Shown piece by piece: positions 10,658 through 25,248 of a stretch of 64,000 nt of DNA. Position 1 is the first letter of the stretch; every line of letters starts with the position of its first letter. Source of the stretch: Cercozoa sp. M6MM (Eukaryota; Protista; Endomyxa: Ascetosporea); NCBI GenBank assembly GCA_040357565.1, contig JBDODJ010000018.1; one strand, given 5' to 3'. The notes below the pieces were generated by a model. It had not been told where the DNA came from. It made no database searches and saw nothing but the letters and a program-made list of their open reading frames with translations. The position numbers were made by a program, and so were the translations under genes.

Positions 10658-13600
10658 GTCCTCTCTGTGCAGTTGCACGCGAGGTGATGGAGCTGCAGGA
10701 AGAGCGTCGAGTGCTGTACGTGTTTGTACCTATGAGGACTGCGGATATAGATCATGTGTGACTGTGCCGTGTAGCTCGCCTCACCTGCGGCAGTACCGCC
10801 ATCAGCTTCTCGTGCGGCCTATCTCGGTAGTTTTTATCGAGCCTGCTAGAACTCCTTGTGTTTACGTTTCTAAACAGGTCGGTTTTGCGGGCAAATATCG
10901 CAACATTGCCGTCAGTGTCGAGTTTAGACAGAATGGTGTTGCTCCTTTGTCTGAGAGTTTGTGGTTGTATCTCGGGTTTATGCCTTAGATGAGACCTCGG
11001 TCGATGCCGATCGTGCTGGTCTGCCGGTGCTGCTGTCACGTGGCAGTGGAGGTACACCTTGTGTTTACCCCCCACCCTCCGTACTCATTTCATGTGTCCT
11101 TGCAGCCGAGTTGGTGCCGCAGCAGCGCACCTCGGTGGCGTACCACAACAAGAATCCTAGCTGGAATGGTACCAATTGCCCCCCCATGTCTTCCTTTGGT
11201 ATTCCTTGTTCGAAACAGACGAGTTTAAGGTGCTGCTGCCGACAAATCTGACCGAGCACTCGCACTTGCTCTTCCGATTCACGTAGACCATCTCCAGCGT
11301 GTCTGTCTGTATGTCCAGACATGGCATATGCGATGGTATCTGCAGCAAGGTGTCTTGCAAGTCGGCCAAGAAGCACGGTCACGAACTGATCGGTGCCGCG
11401 CTGATTCCGCTCGTCGAGCGCGGCGGTCTTATTCGATCTGGCCAACACGTAGCCTGCTCCTCCCCTGACCCTGCCTGCCCAGACCCATTACCCTCTCCTC
11501 CTATGACGTAGCAACTGCCTGTGGCCACGGAGCTGCGTGAGCGCTACAAGCTGGGTATGCATACGATCCCCACACCTTTGTCCCCCATGTGGATCATGGA
11601 TCATGGTCATGACGGGTACTTATGCGTTTGTGCGTACAGCGTACCAACGTCGCGAGCTGCAATTCTACCACCAAGGACGCGAGCTGTTCGACGTTGAGAT
11701 TGTGGTCGACAGCACTGTGATGTGCAACGACATCGGTGTTGTCGAGTTCAGCACCGGCTTTCCTGGCGACCCTGGTAAGACTCCTCTTGGCCATATGTAG
11801 CAATTTTGCCTCTGGAAGTACCCCTCCCCTCCCGTGCCACAGAGATCCAGCGATCGCCACAGGCGCACCTGCTGCTGCGAGACTGCGCCGATGCGATCCG
11901 CAAGGCGAGCAGCGAGCGCTGCGTGGAGTTCCTGGCGCCGCTGCTGGACCACTTGCTGGCACTGTGCGCACAGCGACAGACAGAACCGGCCGTGCTATGC
12001 GCCTTCGATGCCGTGCTCTCTGTGGCCAAGAAGGTCTCGGCCTTTGAACCGAGTGATCGCGCCTTCCTGCCGCCTCGCCTGCGCGGTGCTGGCTGTCAGA
12101 CACACTTGGCCTCGTACCTTGCCTCATACAAACCTCATATAGACATACAAGACATACATACATTTCTACATATGCTGGTGTTTATCTATGTTGATATGGC
12201 AGGTACGTGTCCAACCTGTACGGCTGGCAAGTGCCTCTGGCGAAGGAGCGTGCCATGTACACGCGTCTGGCTGGCGCCTATTTGCAGCTGCTGCGCTGGG
12301 AGTTGCACAAGGTGCTGCGCGCACGCCTGGCCGGCGAGGATCCACGACTGGGCCACATGGTCGACTTGGTGCAGGCCAGTACGTTAACGTTCGACCTGAT
12401 CGTCAAGTCGCTCGCGCTGGACCGCGAGCAGGTGTCGGCGCAGAGTCACCGCGAGCGCCAACTGACGCTGCGACCGCTCATGGAGCGCGTGCTCTTCGTG
12501 CTTGGCGTCGTCATCGGCACCTTCGGACGTCTCGGTTTCCCGACGCTGCCGCTCAAGGGCGCCAATCTCAGTGTGGCACTCTTTCTCAGCGACATCATGC
12601 GCGTCGTCGATCGCGCTGTCGTCGTTGCTCTCATGCGGGCCTATCTGGGAGGTGTCTTTTGCTATCCCCCACCCGCGTATGTGTTATGTATATTCCTTTG
12701 GATGATAGGTTTCTCGAGCTCGCTCGAGCAAGTAATGGACCGCTTCTCGTCGCTTGCTGACACGAGTGTGGACCTTCGAAAACTACTCGATGGTAGGCCG
12801 AGACTGCAGGGTTGATGTCCTGTAGTACTCTTGTGTGTATGGTGTGCATGTGCTCCTGTGTGCAGAGACGCATCAGTTGCCGCTGGAGATTTTCAAGCAG
12901 TCGACCGACGCGCTGGTGCAGGAGGAGTTCTGGCGCGACCTTGAGGAGTGTATGGAGGACACGCAGTCGCTCACGCGTGACAGTCAGGCCATCGAGTTTG
13001 GTAAGGGGTTTTCACTTTTATCTTGCTATGCACTCTCATATATACACAGGCATTGAGTTCTGGAAGACCTTCCTGACAGCATACTCGGCCAAGGAGTTCG
13101 TGCGCTGGCACCAGAGTACGGAGACGGTGAAACTGCTTGAGAACTCCACCGTGCGCGATCAGTGGCAGCGTGACTTGTATGTTTCCTTTATCCCTACCCC
13201 TGTATACACGTGTTTTGTGTACGTATGTGTATGCGTATGCATGTCTTGCGCAGCCCGCTCGCGTTCTACTTCTGCCAGTTCTGCGTGAAGAACATTGGCT
13301 CGTCGCACGTGGTGTCCACGCAGAACCAGCACGCACTGATCGACCTGGTGCGCTTCGCTATGCTGCGCGCCGACGTTGACGACTCCGTGGCCGAGCCGGC
13401 GCTCCACACGGCGGCGTGCAACCTCTTCTTCCCTCTCATCCTTCTGTTCGACGACTGCTCGCAGCATGACACGGTACACCTATCCCCTCTTTCCGTTTAC
13501 CCCTCCTTTACCCCCCACACAGTGGGACCACCAGGCGCAACGCAACTTCCAGATCATTATTCTGCAACTGTTGCGACACGCCGACCGACAGCTGTACCTT

Positions 13601-16600
13601 TGCTGTGTATGAATTGCTTGGGCGAGTACAAAATGGGTGTCTTGTGTGTTTTGGTAGCATCCGTTCCTACCTGGTGCGTCTGCACGAGCAAGGACAGGCG
13701 GCTTCATTCCTGGCCTTCTTGATCAAGACGCTCGGCCTGTTCGACTACCGTGGCGCCAACGACTCCACCAGTTTCTCCAGTGTTGGTATCGACACCCCTC
13801 GCACCTTATATCCTACTGTTATCCCTCGGTGTGTACCACGCAGCTCTCAAGTCGAACCTGTCGCCGGAGGCGCTGCAGTCGTTGCTGTTCCAGAACGATG
13901 GCTCGTCGATGCAGACGGCGTCGTCGCTCAAGACGGAGCTCGAGTCGCTGTCGCTCGTGAATCTGCGCGGCACGATCGGACGGCAGCGCGGCGTGTCGCT
14001 GCGGCGGCTGCGTCGTGAGCAGCAGCAGTCGCTGCGAGGCCGGCCGGATGCGCTGGGCTCAACGGACGCCTCGAGCGGCGGCGGCCGGGCCAGCTCGGCG
14101 CGCACGCGCACCTGGAAGCGCGGCTCCAAGTTCAAGGGCGGAAATACACTCAAGAAGATGTCGGGCGACGCCATCAGCGACGTCACCATGGCCGAGGCGC
14201 AGCTGGCGGCTTGCGTGCAGCGCACCGTGCTCCGCGTGCTGGTGGACTTCCGCGAGGACATCGAGGCCGAGCTGCGTGCCTGTCGTCCGCGCGTACAGCC
14301 CGAGGCGTCCGCTGTCGACTTTGGCAGCGATGCCGGCTCGGTGCAGGTGGCGCTGCAGCTGCTGTCACTGTGCGTGGAGCTGCTCAAGGTGAACGCGCCC
14401 GACGCCGTGCTCATGGACACCTACCCGGCCGTGAAGCTCGTGCTGTCGACGTGCGCCAAGCTCTTCTTCGGCTTCCAGGTGTTCTACCCGACGATGCGCG
14501 AGCTGGTGCGACAGGCCGTGCGACACTGCTCGTTCGTGAACCCAAACACGCGCTCGATGGCGGCCTCGCTGCTGTACTCGGTGGCCAAATTGTGCCAGAT
14601 AGAGCTGCGGTCGCTCGTGCTGTTCGAGGATGCCGTGACCCTGTGCCTGGCTGATGATGTGCTCAGCATGTATGGCTACTCGCTGCACTACCTGCAGCAA
14701 TCACTTCAGTCGGTCGAACTCTTCCGCGAGCAGGACAAGGACTCGGCGCTCCGCAATGCGCAGATTCGCTTTGAGGTACCTACCCCCTACCTACATACCT
14801 ACATACCTACCAACTCCCTACCTACATACCTGCCTATCTGCAGTACAAGCAAGCGCTGAGTGCCGTCATGCGCAAGGTCGTCACGATCTTTGACGATGCG
14901 CGGGTACGTTAACCTCTCTGTGTATAGGTATATGTTCCTATGGGTTTGCGTGTGCAGGCCATCCTGAAGCAGGAACTGCTTGCTGCTGATCGTGCGGATC
15001 CGGCCAAGCTGCAAGAACTCATTGTTGCCATGACGCAGACCTACCAGGTAGCCCTTCTCCCTGTCCTCCCAACCTAGAGGGAAAGGTACACCCTAATGTT
15101 TGTGCGGTGTGTGGTAGCACTTGCCGGATGTGCGAGTGGCGTGGCTGCGCAACCTGGCGCGGCACCACCATACGGCTCAGAACTTCCCGGAGGAGGCACA
15201 GTGCTGGCTCGAGATCGCCGACCTGGCCGAGCAGAGTATGCGCGCCGCCTCCGCTCCTGTGGTGGCTGAGGCTACGCAGCCGACCTCTCCGGTCGCTCGT
15301 CGGCAGGCCAAGAAGGGCCCGCCGGTGGCCAGCAAGCTCACCGAGGACCCCGAGGACGTGCTGGTGATGGCGTTGCAGCGCGCATGCGACGCCTTCGAGG
15401 CCGCCAACATGCTGGAGACGGTGGACGCGACGTACGCGCGCATCCTGCCGCTGTACCGTCGTCGCGGCGCGCTGAAGGAGATGTCGCGCTCGTTCGGCAC
15501 GCTGCAGGCCGTGTTCGACCGACTGATCGGCTCGCTGCGCTCCATCGAGCAGGCCGGCCAGCAGGCGCCGGTGGGTTGCGCGGCCTGTCACGACGCGCGC
15601 ACCTCGCTCGCGAGCTACTACCGCGTGAGCTTCTTTGGCGAACGCTTCGGCGCCGAGAACGGCGTCGAGTACATCTACAGTGTGCCAGGCCTGACGCGAC
15701 TGTCGGAGATTACGAGCGACCTGCGCTCGCGGTACAGCAAGCAGCTCGGCGTGCCAGTGCGCGTGCTGGGCTCATCGGCGCGCTTCGACCCAACCACACT
15801 TAAGGAGGACGAGCACGTGCTGCAGATCACGTACGTCAAGCCGTACTTTGCCGACGAGGACTGCATCGACGAGGACTTTGCGCCCTTCTTCGCGTCGTGG
15901 CGTCCGCGACCGTGGCTGGCGTCGTGCACCAAGCTGTCGGCCTTCTCGTTCTCGACACCGTTCACGCAGCAAGCCAACGGACGTGCGCATGCGGCCGACG
16001 TGACGCAGCAGTACATGCGGCGCACGGTGATGCGCGTGGAGCACGAGTTCCCGTACTTGCAGACGCGGCAGCGTGTGGTGACGCGCGAGGAGCACGAGCT
16101 GGACCCGATCGATGCCGCCGTGGCGAACCTCGACTCGCAGGTGCGGCGCCTCGTGTCGCTGCTAAAGGACCCGTTGTGCGACACCAAGGTGCTCACGTCG
16201 CTGCTGTCGGGCTCGCTGCTGCTGCAGGTGAACGGCGGCACCAAAGAGATTGCCGAGCTCTTCTGGCGACAGGAGAAGGGCGAGCCCATCTTTGATGTCG
16301 ACCGACTCAAGGTGCTGCGTGCCAGCATCCGACGCTTCCTTGATGCCATTCAGGAGGGTGTGGCTGCCTACAAGAAGCACAGGTACCCACTCGCCCATTC
16401 CTTTACGCCTCCTTCTTGTCGTTGTGACTAGTGATTGACTGTGCTATGTAGCGGTGCGACACCAGAACTGCTGCATGAGTACGAGTCAAGCTTCTCCTCT
16501 CTTTCTGCCACTGTACGTTGTGCCCACTTGCGTTTTACGAGCCTACTTTGTTTTGTTGGAGATAAATCGCACTTTCTTTCCCTTCGTCAGGTGATGCGAA

Positions 16601-16641
16601 TCGTCAAGAGCGGCGGTCGCAGAAAAGCGCGTTTTGAGTAG
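8621..16641 (+). CDS. DOCK-family Rho/Rac/Cdc42 GEF, DOCK-C/D (zizimin-like), many exons
   Basis: IEPFFLSASLFD..RVSEWFH, AIFKV..LVVRVERVLQGD, DHR1/C2 (TSVAYHNKNPSWNDEFKVLLP, HLLFRF.KVSCK), and DHR2 (PDVRVAWLRNLA, EEAQC, YYRVSFFG, LQITYVKPYF, FPYLQTR, LSGSLLLQVNGG). Confidence 0.95.
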
Positions 16642-17107
16642 ACACTTATGCGACAAGACCAAAAACAACTCAGTGCAGCAAACTTAACGAAATGAAAGTT
16701 AAGCATGCATCGACGCGCGCACATTATCATGACCGGAGGCGACGCAACCAATGCGATCGACGTTAATTACTTTAACGTTGACTTTAGTTACATTACGATA
16801 TCATTGCCGTTCGTTGGTGGATTAACCGGCACATTAAATCGCCTCATTGACAGAACGGAACAAGACCCCGCCCGCACACCTCAACTCGTTCCAGCCTGAG
16901 GTATGCGTCAGTTTTCGTATTCGATTTTGATGCCCAGACCATTGCATCTTGCCAGTAAATTTACAACCATGTGCTCTTTTGTTCTCCTTGCGTTTCTTCA
17001 AAATCGACCGAAAAAAGCGAAAAAACAAACTGAACTGACAAGTTTGAGCTGCTATACGTCCGCCACGAACTACAACGACGATAGGGGTTAACCGGTAGAG
17101 CTGAGGT

Positions 17108-19504
17108 ATGGTCAGCAGCAGGCCACAGACATCGTTCTCTACGCGAGTCAGCAAGAGGAATTTTCCCCAGCGTCCAGAGACTTCGCGAGCACGTTGTGGC
17201 AAAGCGGGTGGAACTCCAGCGCGTCGGGGATCTTTCGGTGTCGTTTCCCCCAAGCCCGCTTCTTTAGTTCAGAACGATGCGCACCAAACTTTGACAAAAC
17301 CTACGAAGGCTTCATCTGCAGTCGAAAACCGCGACACCTCTGCTCTCTCCAGCCACCAAGAACTGCAAAGAGTGGCGGACACAATCAGTCAGTTACACAA
17401 AGAAAGACAAAGTGCTGAGAACGCAGTTCAGATCGGCGAGAACACACTGACGCACCTCTCCAATGAAAACCCCTCACACTCAACCTTTCAATTTGACGAA
17501 GACAGGCTTGGGAACGAACCCGAGCTTTCGCGACCACCTTCTTCTGCTTCGCACAGTAGCTTGTCCTCGTTGGCACCTTCAGCTGTCACAACAGAATCCA
17601 GAGTGTCGTCTTTGCTGGATTACCTTGACAAGGTCGACTCTGAAACCGCAGCAGACTACGATTCGGTGAAAAATAGTCGCTCTGCAGGAACGATGCCGTC
17701 GTCGACTGGTGCTTCCGCCCGAGTGACAGCTGGTTTCACACAGTTTTGCGAGCGAATGAAAGCAAAGATTCGGTCGCTCAACTCGGAACTCGCCGAACGC
17801 GGAGCTGTGATTGAGTCGCTACGACATCAACTCGGGTCCATCAAAGAGATGAATCGCGCCGCCGAAAAGAATCGCATTGCTGAGCATAAGCACGCCCTCG
17901 AAGCAGCAGGACGACAGCACGCCTTGTCGCTCGAGAGGTATTCACAGAACATTGAATTGGAGTCCAAAAAACACCAGTCTTTTACGGATCCAGGCACGTA
18001 GAGATGTCGAAAAAACTGTCCAGTCAAAACACACAACTTGTGAACAAAATTGAGCAGCTATCACAGAAGCTTGTCGAAACTCAAGAACAATGTAAGAAAC
18101 AGCTGGAAAAATGCCGAGCTGACCATGCACGAGCCTTGCGCAATCAAAAGCGCGCCCTACAAGCAGCGGCAAAGGTGGGCAGAGGTGAATGGGAGCGCCG
18201 TCGCGAAGCTGAGATTAAGGAAAAGACGGTGAAAAGTCTTGAGCCTGAACTGGAGCGCATGATGGCACAGCACAAGACGCAACTTCGTGCTTCTGACGAA
18301 GCGGCACAAGACGCACTGCGCCGCCAACGTGCCTCTTTGGAAGCTGCGCACGAACAGCGCATTGCCGAGATTCGTCGCGAAACTCACGAAGAGCTCGAGC
18401 GCTCGATTGTGAAGGAGGCTGCTGCCGCTGCAACACGAGCACGAGAGCTGCAACAACGCGCGGACGATGACGCAGCCGAGCAGCGCGAGCGAATGAGAAA
18501 CGCGTTTGAGATTGAAAGGGAGACATGGCACGCCGAGCGAGAGCGCGAGCGCGCAGCAGCGGCCGATGCACTGAGCAACCTACGGCAGCAGTTTGAAGCA
18601 GATATGCAAGACCTCCGGCGACGCCACTCCGAGGAATGTGTGGCGCTTCGCCGACAACTCGAACAAGAAACAGCAGCTATGGAGGCTAGATGCTGCATGG
18701 AGCAAAAGAAGTTTGAAATGACACTGCGCAATCGGATCGAGAAAGAAACTGCCGACGAACGCAGCAAGATACGTGAAGCACTCCTTGCCGAGAGGGACGA
18801 AAAACTGCGCACCGTCGTCAAGCAACTCGAAGAAGAGGTTCAACTCGAGCGTATCGCTCTGCAGAAGCAATATTCCCGCGATCGCGAACAACTCGCAGCA
18901 ACGCATGAGAGCGAGTTGCGCCAGTTGCAGCAGAAGGTATTATCTTGGCGAGATTCACATCTTGTTTCAAGCGTGTACCAATTAATAGAGTTGCTTTTCC
19001 GTACTATAGCTGCACTTCTGGAGCAAAAAATGCGAGGAAGAAAGCGAGGCAGGCAAGCTAACAGCTAAAGAGTTAGCGGCAGCACGCGAGCGAGTCACAC
19101 GCCTTGAAAGCGTCATCCGCGACAAGACACAAGCGACGAACGAGCTCCGTGAGCGATTAGAGCGTGAGCGCGAGAACTGGCGCACTATTAGCACACAGCA
19201 CCGCGAACAAGCGCAGACAAAACTCCAGCAAGCCGAACAGCAGTTGCGTGTGCTGGGACAGCAGAAAACGGACATTCAGACTCGCTGCGAGGAAGCCGAG
19301 ATGTCAGCGCAACAGCAGGTGCGGGAACAGGAACAGCGACACGAAAGACAGCTCGACTGCATTGAGACACGCTTTAAGCAGAGTCTTGCACGCAAGGACG
19401 CCGTAATCGAGCGACTACGCGACGAGCTGGCATGCCTGCGGAGCGATATAACGGCTCGCGACCAACTATTCTGCCAACGAGTCGAAGAGCTTGACGCGAA
19501 GTAG
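17108..19504 (+). CDS. CEP131: centrosomal/centriolar-satellite protein CEP131 (AZI1)-like coiled-coil protein
   Basis: Long coiled coil with LLDYLDKVD, RGEWERRREAEIKEKTVKSLEPELERMMAQHK and ERDEKLRTVVKQLEEE, matching conserved CEP131 blocks. Only about two introns. Confidence 0.8.
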
Positions 19505-19973
19505 TGACGCCGTTTTAGCAGGTTGGCTGCAGTACATTCCAATACAGCACCACTCAGGCTGGTTGGCGGACTCGGCGGTGACTACTGTGCTGCCAACAGT
19601 ATTTTCTTTGTGATCGATACTGATACAATCCTGCTATTTTTTAAACAATTATTCTGGCCGTGTGACCGAGTCAGCGATCTCTTTGCAAGTGAGCGTATGG
19701 CTGAGTGCTGAACACAGTGAACACGTGTACATAGTGCTGCCGGGTTAGACACGTGCAAGGAGACCAGAGAGCACATCACGACTCTCAAAGTTGTCGGAGC
19801 TGCAGAAGCGGTCCGTTGTAACCGACAACCTTCCCATCATCGCGGTTAGGCTCGATCGTATCGCTAGGCGGTTTCTGTTTCTATCCCTGACGGGGAAGGT
19901 GTTCTGAATTACTTGTTATTGTGATTAGGCGTGTGGAAAGACGCATAGACGAGACAAAGAGAACGGTTTGCGG

Positions 19974-22949
19974 ATGATGACCGACGGTTCGGTCCCTGAA
20001 GGCGGAGGGGGCAATGGCTCCAGTAGTATCGAAAAGGGCGTACACGTGGCACGTTTCAGCGCTATGGTTCGAAGAGCACGCCGCAATGAGGTGCACTATT
20101 GTCAGTGAGAGGTTGTGTCATCTAAGTGCTACACACCTCAATGAGTGCGTTGTAGCTCCTGCTGCGTCGAATGAGCAAATTCGCCACACGCCTCGCAGTG
20201 GCCGAGGAACTCCACGCAGGTTCATTTTCGCGAACACTTCAATTCTCTGTCACTTTGTTGAGCTGCGTAGAGAAAGTGAACAACCTGGTCGAAGCTGAGC
20301 TTGCGAGATTGGTAGCTTTGGCTCGACTCGACTGAGTGTTTATTTATAAGTGTTCATGCCTGTGTCTGCAGGAAGTGTCGGAGGAGGCGTTGCGGGGAGA
20401 GACGGACCCGGCAGGACTGTGGTCGCAGGAGTCGCCACTGCACCGGCACGTGCTATCTGTGCTGCGTGCTACCCGTGGACAGGTGTGTTTACGCTACCCC
20501 CACTCCCAGTAGGAGACCTGGATGTTGCTTTCCGTCCCTCTGTGCAGGCATCCGAGGTGGCGGCTTATGCCAAGGAGTTGACAAAGTCAGTCAAGGAGGC
20601 TATGCAGGCAGTTGAGTGAGTTATCCTCTCTGTCTGTATGTATTTCCCCCTGGAGCATCACTCTGAGTTACAGGGCCCAGCGAGCCTCACAAGAGAGTCT
20701 GTCGACGCAGTGGCGCACCTTTGAGCGTACCTTGTTTGTGTCACCCTTCTTGCCTTGGTTTGTGTATACCTGTGTGTGTGCAGGTCATCGGTCACAGCAG
20801 CAGCTCCACGTGGCGCAGTCCGAAAGGGTACTGCCTGTGTACGCATATACACGTATATGCCTGTGCGCGTATGCATATACATTATATGCACGCACAGGCC
20901 ACACTGAAGGCCTACCTGAAAGCGCAGCACTATCTGCACAAACTGCACCGCATTGGTGACCCATTACTCATGGTACAAAAGACATGTACACAGCATCTCT
21001 GTGCCTGTATTTGGGCACATCTGAGTAGGAACAGAGCGTGCTGCAGTCGCTATCGCCGGTGCCGCAAGCTGCGCGCAACGTGCGCCGTCGCGAGCGGCCG
21101 GATATTCCGTTCGACGACGCCGAAGACGAACAGTACCGAGTTCATATATACCGTACATATGTACCGTCGGTATGTACCCATGTACACGCCTTTAGTATGA
21201 CAATGGCTGTGCCGCGCAATCGCAAGAAGGCGGCGCACGCGTGTGCCAACTATGCCGTCGCTCTCGATGATGTAGCACTCACTCTGGATTTTGTTCCGTG
21301 TCTTTACCTTCTTTACCTGCTACCCTCACCACACATAGTTGAGAAGCAAGGCGGAACAGTTCCATCGGCAAGACTTGCCTCGTGCGCTGGATGCACTGCG
21401 CAGCTGGGACGCCAACGTACTCTCTGCCCTTGGTCTTTGTGTGCATAAGTGTATCCTCACTGTATACCGGCAGAACTGCGAGTTGACGGGCTTGTTCCTC
21501 ATGCTACTGCAGCTGTGTGGCAAACGACGAGCAGAGCGAAACCGCGTCGGCATGCAGGTGGTCTCTATGGGCATGGAATGACATAGGGAGATGAGGCATA
21601 CTTTCGTGCGCACACAGGGCTACTCCAACACGAAAGCACCAGAGCCAGCGACCGACGCGAGTGCCGACCTGGCCGTGTGGCTACAGCAGCAGGAACAGCA
21701 ACATATGCAGGCAGGCGAGATCACGCCGAGCGAGTTTACCACTTCAGTGTGGTACGCGTCCTTCTCACTCTCTGTATGTGCACATAGACACACTACCTGT
21801 GTGTCTGCGTGTTGTACTGTGGCAGGGCGGCAGCCTCGACGGCTCCTGCAGCCGATCAGATCGACGACACGATGCAGCGTTGGCGACTGGACGAGCTGTC
21901 GTACGACCTGCCATTGCAGCCCGAGCAGCTCAGCCCTGAGGTGGCCGAGGAACTCGCCGCCGCCACGGCGCTGGCGCAGTCGAGCTCCGCTCCGTCCACA
22001 CCGTCGACACGGGTACCTCCCTCCCTTGCTTCTCTCCTGTACGCGATTCCCCTTTACCCCCTCGCGCCCAGCAGAAACACAGCGGTGACAAGCGGCGGTG
22101 GCTGCGGTCCTGGCGCTCGACACATTCGCATGATAGCAGCGGCGCTGCCACGACGAGTGCCACTGAATGTACCTTAGCTGAGACACACCTCTAAGACCAC
22201 TCGTCTCTCTTTGAACAGCAGACATGCACTGTACGTAGGCATGACACTGGACGCCGCAATGTCGGGCCTGTGCGGTGATGCGTTCAGTGTCTTCCTGCAG
22301 CGGCATGTGTGGTACTGGACCCTTAGTCGCCCCTTGCATTGCAGGTGTACGACCTGAGTATCTCTGCAGCGCCGAGAACCTCGAGTTCCTCACCGAGGTC
22401 CGACACTTTCGCGCGGCTCCCGACGCCGCGAAGGCCACGGCGCTGTACGAACGCTACATTCGTACCGACGCTAGCGACCACGTCAATATCAGCGCGGAAG
22501 CGGTACCTCCAAGCATTTCTCTGCACGCGTTTCTCTGCGTGTGCCTAGCTCCGGTAACACCGGGATGTGTGCAGGTGTACCAAGTCGAGAGTCGTCTCGA
22601 AGGTGTCATCGATGGCACCGACGACGTCGTGCCGGGTGACGTCTTCGACCCAGCCATTGCGCAGGTGCGAGCCTTGTTGCGCACCGACTGCTTGCCCAAG
22701 TTCATGCGCTCGCCCGAGTACAAACAATACCTGCGACTGGTACATCGCACTGTACGCATCTGTGTTTTTCTGTTTATCTTACTCCCTGTGTTTGTGTAGA
22801 GCAACCGAGAGATGTCATCTGATGGAGCTGCTGGCTATGAGTCTTCGAGCAAGGCTAAGAAAAAATGGTTTAGTCTCCGACGAAAGTCACGTTCCGACCG
22901 AGTCAGCATGCACGACGTCGAGCATATCCTCGAACTGGTTCCGAAATAA
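19974..22949 (+). CDS. protein with N-terminal F-BAR/FCH-like helical domain and C-terminal RGS domain
   Basis: N-terminus RFSAMVRRARRNELLLRRMSKFATRLAVAEELHAEKV and FHRQDLPRALDAL (F-BAR-like). RGS: FSVFLQRHVCAENLEFL, ALYERYI, VNIS, VFDPAIAQV..LL..DCLPKFMRSPEY. Confidence 0.8.
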
Positions 22950-23484
22950 TCAAGTATCATTTTTGTTGGGGAGAAGTTTTTTTGCTTTTTGTAGCCGGAG
23001 GAGGGCACACGGCGAGGCACTGAGAGCGTAGGGGTAATTTTGCGTGTAATCACACTCTGTGCGCTACACCTGTTGTTTCGACAGGAGACAAGCGTTTCAG
23101 TCTCCACATCGACAGATGACAATTTGTCGCTCACGGCTTTTTTGCAAACAACGTCACCTGAGTCATCTGGTAGAAAATCGGCGCCTTCTTCCTCATCGAG
23201 TCAGCGGCACAGAACAGCGTAGTGCTCTGCCGCTCAACTCGCGCACTTCAACGTTTTCGCTTCGGTGCTCTGAGTTAACCGACCAATATGCTCAGCCGGT
23301 CTTGGTGGATCTCCGTTCCGCTTCGCTTCACTCCCGACCAATTCGATTTATTATTCGATTTTAATATGAATAAGTAAATCAAATGAATGATACGATCAAA
23401 GAAAAACAGACGGGAAGAGCTGGAGACCAAACGTCCTTTGCTTGCGCCACGCACAGTTGTCGGCGATGCCAGGCAATTGCGTGT

Positions 23485-24762
23485 TTAGTCGCAGGCGGAA
23501 GACTCAGTCTGGACAGTAGCAGGATCGTTGTCCTGAAGTCCATCAGGAGGAGCACAGTTCTCTGCGAGTCGAGAAGAGGTCGCCTGGTGAGGAGCAGATG
23601 CCATGCCCATGTGACTGGGTAGCGCAACGATGGCGTTGGTGGATGAGCGACGAGTCAGCGATTCCGCGTGCTGCTGGTCGAGGCGTTGTGAGAGTCCAAC
23701 CACTCGTCGTTCCAACTGCCCACAATATTCGTTTGGCAGAACTGCCCTTCCGACAAGAAGAAACCAAAATGGTACGGCAAGTATCCGCGCCACCAGCGGC
23801 TGCACCGAATTGGCTACGGCACCTGCCACTAGGTCGGTCAACTCCTATCAAAATCCCAGGCATAAAGACAGACAGTAAGAAACATGGGGTGGGCTGGGGT
23901 GGACGGGGGCACCTCCTTGGTGAGTGACATGGCAGAGGACGTGTTGTCGGGTGTCGCACCCAATGCGAACCGACCGAAAACCGAACGTGAGCGACGCTTC
24001 GGAGGTGGACTTGTCGGCTGTACTCGAAACACACGGTGACCAAGCGGCATGGGAAAGCGAGACCTCGAGAGGAGACAGAGCATACATCGTAGGTGTGCAC
24101 ATTGTGAATGCTGGGAGCCTGCTTCTTCTGGGCGGAGGAAACGATCGGTGACACACGCTCATTGGGTGACGCCTCGACTGGCATGTTGCGTGTGCGGCGT
24201 TTTTTGGTGCCCAGTCGCACGCGCACCGAGCCCGGCCGAGGCTACACGCCCACAATCCAGAAGAAGCCCACACACGCACATGCACAACATGCCAGTACCC
24301 GCGACTCGTCGGCTCCGGCATCTAGTGCACTCGGCGTCGTCTCTGCGTTGTCTTTGTGTTGTCAACACACATCGATCGGAACAGAGTGTCAACCATCAGT
24401 CACAACCGACGTAGATCTACCAGAGGTGTTGCAGTCGCTGTGCACAAGTGGCAACAAGGTGTGACTCACCTCTGCCTCAAAATCCGCCGAGTCGCCTGAT
24501 TCTGCACCAGCACAGACACGCGTAACTGCAACTTCAGATGCCATTTGCATCAACAACACACCAGATGGCACTCCAGCCGAGCCGAACATCAGAAGTTTCT
24601 GGAGTGGCAGCTGCGCGCGTGCCTTTTCAGGCAGTTGCGCCCTATGTGCATGCAGATATACACACAGATCCCTGTAATTCGCGTGACTAGCACACAGAGT
24701 ATAGAGCATGCGTACCACAGATTCAGCATGTCCTCACGCAGGCTTTGCACATCATCGCTCAT
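23485..24762 (-). CDS. hypothetical multi-exon protein (low complexity, coiled-coil segment)
   Basis: Exons such as MSDDVQSLREDMLNLWAQLPEKARAQLPL and ELTDLVAGAVANSVQPLVARI are separated by GT-AG introns; no family motif; start uncertain. Confidence 0.5.
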
Positions 24763-25248
24763 GGCACTGGCTTGTCTCAATAATAATAAATAAGCACGAA
24801 AAGGACACCCACACAGTATAGTGCCCGTGCAGCTGGCGATCAACGATGTGCTACGTCCACACACAGTCTGCACACACAGATTGTCTAGTCATGCCTTGCC
24901 GTTTTTTTGTTTTTGTTAAGGGAGACGTCAAACCAACACCGCGCTACCAGACTACAGCACCTGTTGTTACTGTAGTATTGTAAGACACAGCTGCTGGCAG
25001 GAGCCCTAGGGTTGAAGTTACTGAACGCAACACTGTGTCATCGCTAATTCTAAAGTCCGAGTGGAAGAAAAAGCACTAAACGTGATATGTGGCGACGGTT
25101 TCAAGCACCAAGAAGCTAACCCGCAACGTCAACCCGATTCTGTAAGCCAGCTGCATGTGCGGCTTTGCTTGCGCAGTGTTCAATGGTACTTGTCAAAATC
25201 GGTTTGTTTTGGCACACTGACTCTGGCACTGGCAGAGTGTGTCGCATT

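Noticed and set aside
13806-16349. Long antisense/overlapping ORFs opposite DOCK (similar ones opposite the giant gene)
   Set aside because: Expected shadow ORFs of GC3-rich codon usage; no independent motifs.
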